A stretch of DNA of 63,386 nt, filler included, from Octopus bimaculoides (lineage: Eukaryota): NCBI RefSeq assembly GCF_001194135.2. It is 10 parts of 9 records of this genome, joined end to end, with 100 filler letters (N's around TTAATTAATTAA, not from the genome) between each part and the next. Parts side by side here need not be neighbours in the genome. Positions count along the whole stretch, not along the records: positions 23,515 to 26,821 come from NC_068981.1; positions 26,922 to 34,626 come from NC_068984.1; positions 34,727 to 47,494 come from NC_068985.1; 7 more parts are not named here. One strand, written 5' to 3'. Below, piece by piece: positions 25,885 through 37,292 of the stretch; the stretch's first letter is position 1; every line of letters begins with the position of its first letter. Both the position numbers and the translations under genes were made by a program. Below the pieces are notes generated by a model. The model searched no databases. It was given only the letters and a program-made list of their open reading frames with translations, and was not told where the DNA came from.

Positions 25885-26095
25885 GAAGTAAGAACAAACA
25901 AGAACAAACAGTGCGAGGACGTGGTAGAAGTAGTGTTATTGGACGCTCAGGAAAGGAAAGGAAAGAAAAGAAAGAGGATTTTACGTTTCGAGCGGAGCTC
26001 TTCATCAGAAATATAGAAAAAGTCCAATGAAGGGAGGACAGAGAAAGGAAATCGCCAACGATACACACGCGGTCACATATTGAAAAGAGAGAGAT
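25885..26095 (-). mobile_element. Repeat family E (hammerhead-bearing, Penelope pLTR-like)
   Basis: Homologous to 51735-51945 and, inverted, to 62040-62165. Confidence 0.75.
25978..26012 (-). ncRNA. Candidate minimal type I hammerhead ribozyme
   Basis: Minus strand AUUU-CUGAUGA-A-GAGC(UCC)GCUC-GAA-ACGU-A-AAAU: complete core, helix I 4 bp, helix II 4 bp, palindromic ACGU helix III, H17=A. Confidence 0.6.
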
Positions 26096-26364
26096 ATAGT
26101 TTCTCTCCGCTAAGCCGGAGGTAATTACAATAATGCTTCTAGGATGGAATTTATAAATATTTAATACATCACTACGGGCGTTTCGACAAATCACATAATT
26201 TTGACATCAGAGTCAGTATCCTTGCGATTAATCGGATAGCCTGCATTAAGAGGGGACATCCGGTTGACCATCATCATTGATTCATTTCATCACGCAATAC
26301 CGCGCTGGTGGATGAATCACAGAGGGACAGCTATCCCTTCTGGTCAGTATGACGGCTAGTCTAA

Positions 26365-26590
26365 TATATTCTTTTATTTTTTTACTTGTTTCAGTCATCT
26401 GACTGCGGCCATGCTGGAGCACTGCCTTTATTCGAGCAAATCGACCCCAGGACTTATTCTTTATAAGTCTCTGTAGTCGCACCGCTATGTTACGGGGACG
26501 TAAATGCACCAATATCGGTTGTCAAGAGATGATGAGGGGACAAACACATACACGCAAACATATACACACATACCTATATATATATAGGGA
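26365..26590 (-). mobile_element. SINE family B, 3' half
   Basis: Matches 19985-20200. Confidence 0.85.
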
Positions 26591-28239
26591 GAATTAGTAT
26601 ATACTAATACATCTATTTGTTGTTTACACCACCTGTCTTCGTCTGTTGTTTTTTCGTGAATTCTCCCTATACATAGCAAACGCTAATCCAGTATCTACTC
26701 ATCACAGACGAACTTCTGAACTCTCTACCTTTTTTTTTTATTCTGGACTATTTATTCTGGACTTTTTATTCTGAACTTTTCACTCTCCGGCTGCACCTCT
26801 CCTGCCTACGGATTACGCTCTNNNNNNNNNNNNNNNNNNNNNNNNNNNNNNNNNNNNNNNNNNNNTTAATTAATTAANNNNNNNNNNNNNNNNNNNNNNN
26901 NNNNNNNNNNNNNNNNNNNNNGTAATCAACTTAATCCCTTTGTCTGTCCGTGTTTGTCCCCTCTATGTTTAGCCCCTTGTGGGCAATAAAGAAATATCAT
27001 TTTATCATTTTTTTTTTCCATTTTATCTAGTTTAAACTCATGAGCTGTGGCCATGCTGGGACACAAACGAAAAAAATGTATAAACAAACAATGTAACGTA
27101 TACTGAATATAAAAACAAATGGGAGACAAATAGAAGGTCCATAATTCTTCATCATTTATCAACCAATTGGTACTGTTCAGTTTCTTACCTTTAACGATAA
27201 GACCGAGTGCTTCCCAATTGGCGGTGCAAGCAAAAGAAAAAAAGGTTTTCTTGTGTAGAATTAGGGTCAAGAGCAAACAAAACAAAACAAGCAAAACAAA
27301 ACAGTATGATTTAGGACGGTGGACAAGGATGAACAGTCGAAGAAAATACGGCCTTGGGGCCAAGGAGATGAGAATAGTGGGTAACGCTTAGAAAATGTCT
27401 TGAAGGATGGAGATATGATCAACTAAAGCCCTTCATGGCTGTGCCAGAGCATGTGCACAGCATAAAGATTACAACAAGACAAGTAAAAGAGAACATATTT
27501 GTTATGTCTTCCTTTCCTTTATGTAGGCCAACAGTTATTTTAATATTGCCATTAGAATATTTTCGTTGATCATTAGTAGTTGGAGAATTTCTAGAAGGAG
27601 AAAATTATTCCTTCATTGAAGTTGGAAATATGTTAATTTATTCTGTTACTTGACTCAATATCATTTCTCTGAACTAGATTGAGAGATTTTTTGTAAAGCT
27701 CACCATTAATTTATGCGTCTTTTCAGTATTATTTGTTGTTCTGTCAGGTAATAAGTCTATGAAGGTTTGGTTTGGTTTGGGTTGGGTTGGGTTGGGTTGA
27801 GAAACTGGCTCAAGGGAAAATAAGTTTGAGAAATTATTGAAATAAAAAGAAAAGAAATGAATATACTAAATAAATATAATAGATAAATATATATAATAGA
27901 TAAATCAATAAATGAATAAAGGTTTAATATAGCAGTTGAAGACGAAAATAGACAAAAGCTAAGAAATAAAGATGGGAGGAGAAAGATGGAGATTGGAATG
28001 GAAAGATAAGGAGAGAAAAAAGAGATAGAAAGAAAGTAAGAGGGGAGAATATAGAGAGGAGAAAGAAATAGAAAAGGAAAAGATAGAAGAAAGGAAGAAA
28101 GAATGGTTGAAGGAAAAGGTTAGGAAAATAGGCAGAAAAGCAAGAAAAATGCAAAAAGCGAGGACAAGTAGGAATGAAGGAAAGAAAAGAAGAGAAATTA
28201 ATGAGTGCAAAAAATAGACAGAAAATAATTCTTTTTAAT

Positions 28240-28439
28240 TTTGGCACAAGGCTAGCAATTTTAAGGGGAGGGGAACAAGTCAATTACATCAGCTGCGGCA
28301 CTTGACTGGTACTTTATTTTATGGACCCTAAAAGGATGAAAGGCGAAGCTGACCTTGGTGGCATTTGAAAAGAAACGGTAAAGAACCAGGAGAAATGCCA
28401 CTCAGCATTTTGTCTGATGTTCTAAAGATTTTGCCAGCT
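28240..28439 (-). mobile_element. tRNA-headed SINE family C
   Basis: ttttggcacaagg...ggatgaaaggcgaagctgacc...agcattttgtctg...ttgccagct is the reverse complement of 45162-45392. Confidence 0.8.
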
Positions 28440-28443
28440 TTAA

Positions 28444-28978
28444 CCCTTAAACATTCAGATTATTCTGTGAAATTTAATATTTATTTATTCATATTGTAGA
28501 GAAGGCACATGGCTTAGTGGTTAGGGTGTTCGACTTACAATCGTAAGGTCAGGAGTTCAATTCTCGATGATGTGTTATGTCCTTGAGCAAGACACTTCAT
28601 TTCACATTGCTCCAGCCCACTCAGCAGGCAAAAATGAGTTGTACCTATATTTCAAGGGATTGGCCTTGTCACACTTGTGTCACACTGAATCTCCCCGAGA
28701 ACTGCGTTGGGGTTACATGTGTCTATGGAGTGCTCAGCCACTTTCACATTAATTTCATGACCAGGCCGTTCCATTGATCAGATCAACTGGAACCCTCATT
28801 GTCGTAACCAACAGAGTGCTTACATTCATATTTTGAATTAACCATGCATTATCTTGTAGCTTCAAGATTTCAATGAATGTCATTGTAGGGTAAGTGTGAG
28901 AGGCTGGATCTGGTCAGTTTGAACATAAAACAGACAGAATATTTTTGGCTGGGTATGACTCATTAAAAAATTAAAGGG
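28444..28978. mobile_element. piggyBac-like MITE interrupted by a SINE
   Basis: TTAA (28440-43) + CCCTTAA ... TTAAAGGG + TTAA (28979-82). Confidence 0.7.
28496..28823 (+). mobile_element. SINE family A-like, full length with TSD
   Basis: A box TGGCTTAGTGG and B box GAGTTCAATTC; flanked by ATTCATATT at 28487-95 and 28824-32. Confidence 0.9.
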
Positions 28979-29837
28979 TTAAGTAAGAAAATAATGATTC
29001 CTAAAACAGGTACAAAGCCATATATTCTTGAGGTGGGTGGAGAGGTAGCTATTGTAGATTAAATTAATTCTTTGTTATTTGACTAATACTTTATACTATT
29101 AATCCTAGAAGAATGAAAGGTAAAGTTGACCCCAGTCATATTGTGGAATAAGATCCACAGCCTGTCTAAAGCTCTAAATAAGGGTTTAGTAATCCTACAA
29201 GAGACATGTGTGAGCCAAAACATCTGTGTAAACTAAGCCAGCTGCATCGACCAAATCCTTGTGAATGAATTTGGTAAACTGAATAAAAGCCATTGCATGT
29301 GTATTAGTGCATGTGTGCATGTGTGTGTCTGTCTGTGTATGTGTGCATATATCTAGTCTAGTCTAGTGGTGGTCTGCTCTTGCACAGGTCCTGTGCACGT
29401 GAGCCTTCTCCAGCACTCTCTGTATGACCTAGGAGGGACCATGTCCTCCTCTGCCACCATTATGTAGGTTACCGGAACTTTGGCTACTATGACTAGACTT
29501 GGGATGAATACTGGAGCGGTTTCCCACTGCCTTCTCCAAGCAGGTGGGATTTGAACTCGGAGAGTAGAGAGCCAGAAGATATACCATAAAGCATCTCTGC
29601 CAATGCACCAAGGATTCTGCCACTCTCCCACCTGCAGAGCAACCATAAAATGAAATGTTTTGCTTGAGAACACAATGCACTGCTTGGTCCAGGAACTGAA
29701 CCAATGATCTGGTGAAGTGATTGTGGATATTTGTCCTCATCTTGTTTGTTGTTAACATCACATGTCTTGGGGAAATTTTGAACCTGGGTTCTCATTCCTA
29801 AGGTATTTTTTGCTATTATTATTATTATTATGCCCAC

Positions 29838-29908
29838 GGGCATATGGCGTAGTGGTTAAGAGCATGGGCTACCAACCCCAAGATTCCGAGTTTGATTCCA
29901 AGCAGTGA

Positions 29909-29944
<36 letters not shown>

Positions 29945-30087
29945 CATCAAAAAATACCTTAGGAAGGAGAACCCAGGTTCGAAATTTCCCTAAGACACCT
30001 GAAGAAGGCTGGAGGATATATCAGCCGAAACGTTGTGTTAACAACAAACAAGATGAGGACAAATATCCGTCAAATGTAAATAATGTA
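29838..30087 (+). mobile_element. Family F: tRNA-headed short element with (AAT)n linker and hammerhead-containing tail
   Basis: A box TGGCGTAGTGG (29845-55), B-box-like GAGTTTGATTCC (29888-99), (AAT)n, then a tail containing cctgaagaaggctg...cagccgaaacgttg. Confidence 0.8.
29994..30039 (+). ncRNA. Candidate minimal type I hammerhead ribozyme
   Basis: GACAC-CUGAAGA-A-GGCUG(10 nt)CAGCC-GAA-ACGU-U-GUGUU: helix I 5 bp (one GU), helix II 5-6 bp, H17=U; predicted cleavage after 30034. Confidence 0.65.
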
Positions 30088-30819
30088 CCAATCACTATAT
30101 AATCAATATATAATATCAAACAAAACATTTAAGATGATGGACTTGCATGGCAAGTGTTTTGAACATTTCAATAATAAGTCTACTATAGCATACTACTTTG
30201 AAATTGAGTTTATCTCATTAATTCTCCTATCGCCACAAATCAGTACAACTGTTTTAATTCTAGTAATTGACTAATTATATTAATGCGGCCAGTTTTCCCC
30301 CACAAAATTGTAAATTCTGTTTCTATTATTGTAGATCAATAATTCATAAAAAAATACAAAAACAAGCCGATGTACTCTGGGTGGTTCCCAACCAAGTAAA
30401 TTATTTTCAAATACATCCACCCATTATTGTCGTTTTACCAGACTAGAATACAAAATTTACAATTTATGACATGCAACATCCTACAGAGCTTCTTTTTCAT
30501 TAGAATAATCAATGTTTTCTTGTATTCATTGCTTAAATAAGCCACGTAGAATAACTAAATTTTTTATACAAAACAACTTAGAATCTATTATTCCACATCA
30601 ATTTGTATTCAGCAAGCTATGAACATACATTTTGGTGGCAAACATTGAAATTAATGAGTTTTCTGATGTAGGTTACCCTTATTGATTACATTCTGAATTT
30701 ACTAAACCCTGATCTACCATACCCAAGAATATGGCGCTTACATCTAGATAGGATCAGCTGCCTGCTTTGATTTTCAAAGTGTTACAACATATCTTTAAAA
30801 ATAAAAATGTAGCCAATGC

Positions 30820-30950
30820 CGGCATGGCTGTGTAGTTAAGACGTTTGCTTTGCAGCCATGTGGTTTTGGACAAGTGACTTCTACTATAACCTTGGGATAA
30901 CCCATGCCTTGTGAGTGAATTTAGTAGACAGAAACTGCATGGAAACCTGC

Positions 30951-30986
<36 letters not shown>

Positions 30987-31170
30987 TCTCTCTCTCTCAT
31001 TGTGTTTGTTACCCACCACCACTTGACAACCAGTGGTGGTTTATTTACATTCCTGTGACTTAGTAGTTCAGCAAAAGAGACTGATACAATAATTACCAGA
31101 TTTAAAAAATTAAGTACTGGGGTATATCTATTTACCTAAAACCTTTCAGGGTGTAGAGCCCCAGCAAGTA
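30820..31170 (+). mobile_element. SINE family B, diverged
   Basis: Head, internal (TG)n(TC)n and tail are recognisable. Confidence 0.75.
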
Positions 31171-31790
31171 AAAGAATAACGATAAAAACAAAAAAAAAAT
31201 CTACCCCAAAAGTTGTTTGTAATCCTTGCCAATCCAACATTTCTTTATTGATGGCACCCACTTCTAACCAGGATAATATTGAACAATACAATGGAATTAT
31301 TATGAACTACAAATAGAACTACAAACATTTAGTTTCAAAAAATCAGCAACATGAACCACCTTCCAATGTCATAAATATATAAATCTTGCCAGAATTATTT
31401 ATCAGCCTACACCTTAATTTCTTCGTGGTATGTTAAACGTACTTAATAATGGATGGGTTGAAAATGATATTTTTTTTCAAAACCCTTTGTTCCCTGTGAA
31501 GCATAGGCCACCAACGACTTTTCCCCATTGTTCTTAATTCTGGGCTATCTTTCTTTAACGAATGGTCTTCCTCTCCCAGGTTTTGGTTTTGAACTATCAT
31601 TGATGCTTCGATAACTTTGCTGTTTTTCTAGGTAGGTGTAGGTCCTATGCAAGCCAAATTTGACTTCTGGGAATAGGTGACTCATATTAGTTTGACCTCT
31701 ATCCTTTGACCTGCTCAGCACAAGAAGCCTACTGGAAGTTTGTGCTCTACAGGTATATCTCTGAGGGTCATTGAAGCATACAGGTCTTTT

Positions 31791-32219
31791 GTGGAAGGAA
31801 CCTATGAAAGAAGTGGACCCAAGAAGACATGGGATGAGGTGATGAAATGTGATCTTAGGATTTGAGTCTCATGGAGGTGATGACAAGTGACCAGGACTTC
31901 TGGCAAATTGCTGTGCTTGAAAAGACACATCAAGCTAAAATCATGGTCATGGTCTAGTACTGGTGACATGCAAATGGCACCTGAGCCACTGACATATAAA
32001 AGGCACCCATGCCAGTGGCACGTAAGAGACACTGAGTACACTCAGTGGAGTGGTTGGCATTAGGAAAGGCATCAAGCCATAGAAATCAAGCCAAAACAGA
32101 CTGGAACCTGCTGCAGCTCTCTAGCTTACCATCTCTAGTCCAGCTTACCATCTGATGTCTAACCCAAGTCAGCATGGAAAATGGACATTAAATGATGATA
32201 TGGATAGTGATGATGATGA
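31791..32219 (+). mobile_element. RTE-type LINE 3' end (family D)
   Basis: VEGTYERSGPKKTWDEVMKCDLR resembles the RTE C-terminal GRGRPRKTWxExVxxDL motif; the 3' UTR ends in ggacattaaatgatgat. Confidence 0.75.
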
Positions 32220-32404
32220 AGCCACCACACTGCAAGAAGTACAGGACCTTGTGGTGGATCAAAGATGACATAGTCGATACGTATCCATGTACAACAGTTA
32301 CCCACAAACAGAGAAAGAGTCTCAACCAGATCATTTCAACCTACTAACAATAGCAGCTCATTCTTCCTCAAAACACATTCAAAGATCTTTAAAGAAGAAA
32401 AGAA

Positions 32405-32754
32405 GCGGTCATAGGATCGCGGTTTCGATTCCCAGACCGGGCGTTGTGAGTGTTTATTGAGCGAAAACACCTAAAGCTCCACGAGGCTCCGGCAGGGGAT
32501 GGTGGCCAACCCTGCTGTACTCTTCCACCACAACTTTCTCTCACTCTTTCTTCCTGTTTCTGTTGTCCCTGTAATTCAAAGGGTTAGCCTTGTCACACTG
32601 TGTCACGCTGAATATCCCTGAGAACTACATTAAGGGTACATGTGTCTGTGGAGTGCTCAGCCACTTGCACGTTAATTTCACGAGCAGGTTGTTCCGTTGA
32701 TCGGATCAACTGGAACCCTCGATGTCGTAAGTGACGGTGTGCCAACAACAACAA
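32405..32754 (+). mobile_element. SINE family A, 5'-truncated
   Basis: Nearly identical to 10840-11088; ends gccaacaacaacaa. Confidence 0.9.
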
Positions 32755-33240
32755 GATATACTATACCTATAAAAAAAAAAATGCAAAATTTTACAACTGG
32801 ATTGGCTCTGATCATGCCTGCTTGACTAGGAATACATTGGGACTAAAGAAGAATGGTAACCGCATAGCTGTACATGTATGTGTGTTGTCAACTATATGTG
32901 TATGTGCAGTGGAGAAAGGGTATGAATAAAACATGTTTGCTAATTCCATCTCCAGAATAATTTCGGTGTGTCATTTGGACAATGCTTGTGAACTACAATA
33001 CACAGCTATAACATGGTACCGGAATGTTAATAATTGTTTATAGTTTCTATTATGTGTCATATATATGCGCACATGCATGTGTATATGCATGTGTATGTAT
33101 GTATTCTATCTTTCTATTCCAGATTGTTCTTAGTGAATAAAGCTATGTCTTATTTCATTCAATTTATTCAGTAAGAAAATAAATAAATAAACAGCAAAAA
33201 AAAAATTTGTTGGACATGTTATTTACATCATGAATTATTG

Positions 33241-34560
33241 ATGGAAGATTACTTAGAGAAGCTGAAAGGATTTTTCAAACCTAAGAAATTTAATGCCAAT
33301 CCAGCTTCTACCACCACCAAAGAGTGGTGCCACTAGGGACATTTCTGAGATCCATTGTATCTTATTCATCAAACAGGCTTCACACTTCCATTAATTATTT
33401 ATCCTCAACAGTTTATGGCTATCTCGCTGATGCCGCTAACTACAAAGCTGTGATTCAGATACTTGAAACACAATATTATGACATCTAATGAAGTTTTTGC
33501 GTGCCATCTTATGACAAGCAGCTGCGAAGTATCACAGGAATAAATTGACAAGTTCCTTTAGGCTTTGAAATTACAATCATTGCTAAGAGTTTGCAATGCT
33601 ATCAATGTGGGTCAGCAATATGGAGAATCAGTTAGGGCTACATTATTACAGGTCTCACAACTTGGTACATCTAGCAATGCTTGCTGGAAAAAACAGCTTT
33701 GGATTTGAAGATGTCACGCTTTGAAATCCACACTAACAAACAATAATGTGTGCAACAATATGGGATATTTAATCCTTTCAATATCAACCTGCTTGTGACT
33801 GTCCCCTGGTTCTATAATACAAACTTGCTATTTCAGTAACTGTGCTTTCCAACCACATGATTCTGGGTTCAGTCCCACCGTGTAGCACCTTGGGCAAGTG
33901 TCTTCCACTATAGCTTGGGGCTGACCACTACCTTGTGGGTGGATTTGATATACAGAATCTAAAAGAAGTCCATAGTATATATACATGTGTGTGTATGTTT
34001 TGGGTCAGTGATTGTCCCTCACTACCATTTGAGAACCAGCCTAGTGTTTACATCTCCATAACTTAGCAGTTTGACAAAAGAGACTAATAAAGTAAGTATA
34101 AGGCTTGGGAAAAAAAAGAATAAATACTGGGGTGGATTCATTCAACTAAAAATTCTTCAAGGCAATGCCCCAGCATGGCTGTGGTCACATGACCAAAACA
34201 AGTAAAAGATTTCAAACACCAGTTTCAAAATGACCAAATTATTTTATTAAATTCTTAATTATTTTCAAAATTAATTGAAATAAAGACAGTGAATCTCAAC
34301 AGAAATATGTAACAAAAGGATCAATAGCAGCCATGATGTTGTTACCAGACAAATCTCATCAAATTAAAGCTATTCATGATAACATCTTGGTTGCAACCTA
34401 TAACAACAATCACAGTCTTTGATTTCTATGCATCAAACATCATTCTTGTCACAACTGTTCATATTCATTAAGCCAGGTGTAGAAACTGTGATGAACAGTG
34501 TCACTACAGAAAGGTGTATATGTCAACTTCACTGCATTCTGATACCTCATCCATCACTAA
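33241..34560 (+). mobile_element. Degenerate Ty3/Gypsy-type gag remnant, split by a SINE B insertion
   Basis: MEDYLEKLKGFFKPKKFNANPASTTTKEWCH*, SSTVYGYLADAANYKAVIQILETQY and SNEVFACHLMTS; decayed zinc knuckle ARCRNCDEQCHYRKV near 34475-34520. Confidence 0.7.
33815..34210 (+). mobile_element. SINE family B, diverged
   Basis: gggttcagtccca...accttgggcaagtg...ccagcatggctg...agtaaaaga. Confidence 0.8.
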
Positions 34561-34726
34561 TTCCAACACTTATGCTTGCCATAATAAGCGGCTTTGCTTC
34601 TGGTATTTCAAGATTGTCTCTTTAAANNNNNNNNNNNNNNNNNNNNNNNNNNNNNNNNNNNNNNNNNNNNTTAATTAATTAANNNNNNNNNNNNNNNNNN
34701 NNNNNNNNNNNNNNNNNNNNNNNNNN

Positions 34727-34759
<33 letters not shown>

Positions 34760-35059
34760 TAAAATAGTTCTAACTCTGTCTGCTTTTTTATGTTTTATTT
34801 ATATTCTTATGAAATTAATGTGGGATATAGAATATGGAATATATAAGATGAATAGTAAAATGAAATGAAGTTTTGAATGTCATATTGAATATATGAAATA
34901 TTAAGTATTAAATATAGAGTATTAAATATATAAGGACTAGTATACTTTCATGCTTTATGGCATTCATCAGGCGTGTCTGTAGAGTGTGCAGGCTATTCCG
35001 CTGAACGGATCAGCTGGAAGCCTCGTCGTCGTAACTGACGTAGTACCAATAGTTCATCT

Positions 35060-35640
35060 GGCCTCGTCTTGGGCACATGGTATTGATAATTCACAAAAAT
35101 GACGAAACATCGATGTCTATCCCTCTTGTGACGGGACCTGATAAGAGTTATTTCGCTTGTCTATGGCTTTCAGGCGTTTTAGCACCAGGTGAACTGAAGA
35201 GAATATATTCTTTTACGCTTATAATTGAAACTTTCCTACTAAGTGGCAAAACACATGCTTTGTGTATGCGTGTTCGATACTGTTTATATCCTACGAGCTG
35301 CTTCTCCTTCATATTTGAATATTTTCCGTTGTATAAAACGTTGGAACATACCAGCAGATGATTTTTACACCATTTTGCATATAGTCATAGGCAGCGATTT
35401 AGCCTACATCTCGCCTCGTTTCGGGTACATGGTATTGACAAGTCATAAAGATAACGAAACATTGATGTCTATGGTTCCTATAACAGGGCCTGATGCCAGT
35501 TATCTCGCTTGTCTATTATTTTCAATGTTTCTTAACACCAGGTGAAGTGAAGAGGATATATTCTCTTACACCTATAATCGTAGCCTACCCACGAACTGGC
35601 AAAAGACATACCTTATGTATGTGTGTTCAATATTGTCTGT
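35060..35640. repeat. Diverged tandem duplication, period about 352 bp
   Basis: catggtattga at 35076 and 35428; the units align for about 210 bp. Confidence 0.8.
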
Positions 35641-35642
35641 GT

Positions 35643-35741
35643 GTGTGTGTGTGTGCACTTGTGCGCGTGTGTGTGTGCACTTGTGCGCGTGTGTGTGTGC
35701 ACTTGTGCGCGTGTGTGTGTGCACTTGTGCGCGTGTGTGTG
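35643..35741. repeat. 20-bp minisatellite (GTGTGTGTGCACTTGTGCGC)n
   Basis: About four near-perfect units. Confidence 0.9.
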
Positions 35742-36569
35742 TCACCAACACTATAACTAGCAGTCTCACTACCAATACTTTCATCAACATACCCAACCAT
35801 CATAACTACTACCACTAACATCGTTGTCTTCACTATTACCGTTGTCGTTGTTGTCATCATTATAATAGAGTTAGCATCATAGATGTGACCACTAATATTA
35901 CAACTATCATACATCGAAATCTAAAATGTCTGCCATCGTCGCCATGGTCGTCATCACCAGCATCATTGGTATCTCTTTTCTTTTTGATTTATTCTTCCTT
36001 TAAAAAAAACCCTGCGGGAAATGAAACGCTTGGCTCTTTCTTCCCTTTATAGCAAACTTAACGCTACATCAACTTGTCAGAATGTTTGACGTTTCAAATC
36101 TGAGCCGCAGAAGAAGAAAAAAAAAGCTACCATTATGTGCACCTAAAGGCTACAGATATTTTGGTTTATTTGAATCTATATACACACGTCACACACGCTG
36201 TGGGTGTAAACTTCCTCTCATGAAAGTAGTGGCGCTTACTGAATTGATTAAATGATATTAAAGAAATGTACTTAATCTAGACGTATTCATGCACACACAC
36301 ACACACACACACACACATTTATAGACAGAAACGCACGCATGCACACCCTACACGCACATCATGCATAATACTAAGAAGCATATCCGTTTGAGTGTCGTGT
36401 GCTAGAGTCAGCCAGGTTACGCTGATCACACAGCTAGCTTAGTACGTGCAATAAGACTGAAGGATGTCTGAAGCAAAGGAAATGTTATACGTTTGTGTGT
36501 GTGTGTGTGTGTTTGCGTGTGTATGTGTGTGTGCAAATGGATTCATATTCGCTTATATCATTTATCCAA

Positions 36570-36790
36570 GGCGGCGAGGTGACAGAGTAGTTAGAGCGTC
36601 GGACGGCATTTCTTGAAGACATTTCCTCTTGACGGCATTTCTTCCGGATTAACGTTCTGCGTTCAAATTCCGCCGAATCTTTACATTTCATCCTCACGTG
36701 GTTGATAGAATAAGTAAACGTGATCACTGAAGTTGATGTAACCCCATCCACCAAAATTTTAGGCACAAAAATTGTGCCTCTGTTAGAAAG
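36570..36790 (+). mobile_element. SINE family C
   Basis: aaggcggcgag...cgttctgcgttcaaattccgccga...tttcatcct...gcacaaaaatt. Confidence 0.75.
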
Positions 36791-36994
36791 AATTATTGTA
36801 TGATGAAACGAACGGGCATTCATCTTAGAACTCCATGAAAAAGCAGTTTTTAACTGAATCACGTTGTGATAAGATAAGAAATGGTGTTCCTGTTTTATTA
36901 ACAGGAGTCTATCAGATTGTTTCAGAGTCCACCCACGAAGAAAGGTTTGTCTTTAAACATTTTAATTGCTCATTTGAATTCCGTCGCTTGCAAC

Positions 36995-37292
36995 AATGAG
37001 GTTTCCATCTGATCCGATCAACGGAAAAGCTTGCTCGTGGAATTAACGCGCAAGTAGCTGAGGACTCCACACATGTGTACCCTAAACATAGTTCTCAGGG
37101 AGATTCAGATGGGCACAGGATGTGACAAGAATGACCCCCTTTAAATACAGGTACTACTCATTTTTGCCAGCTGAGTAGACTGGAGCAACGTGAAATAAAG
37201 TGTCTTGCTCAAGAACACAACGCGCCACCGGGAATTGAACTCTCAACCTTACGATCATGAGCCGAATGCCATAACCATTAAGCCAAGCGCCT
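36995..37292 (-). mobile_element. SINE family A-like
   Basis: Reverse complement of 28496-28823. Confidence 0.85.

Noticed and set aside
26165-26215. Hammerhead-like CUGAUG...GUCGAAACG on the minus strand
   Set aside because: A9/G10.1 are missing and helix I does not pair.
27527-27750. Strong acceptor followed by a donor as a missing SLC22 exon
   Set aside because: All three frames close within about 30 codons.
35077-35361. Duplicated protein-coding ORF
   Set aside because: Divergence between units looks neutral, unit 2 is frameshifted, and no domain is recognisable.
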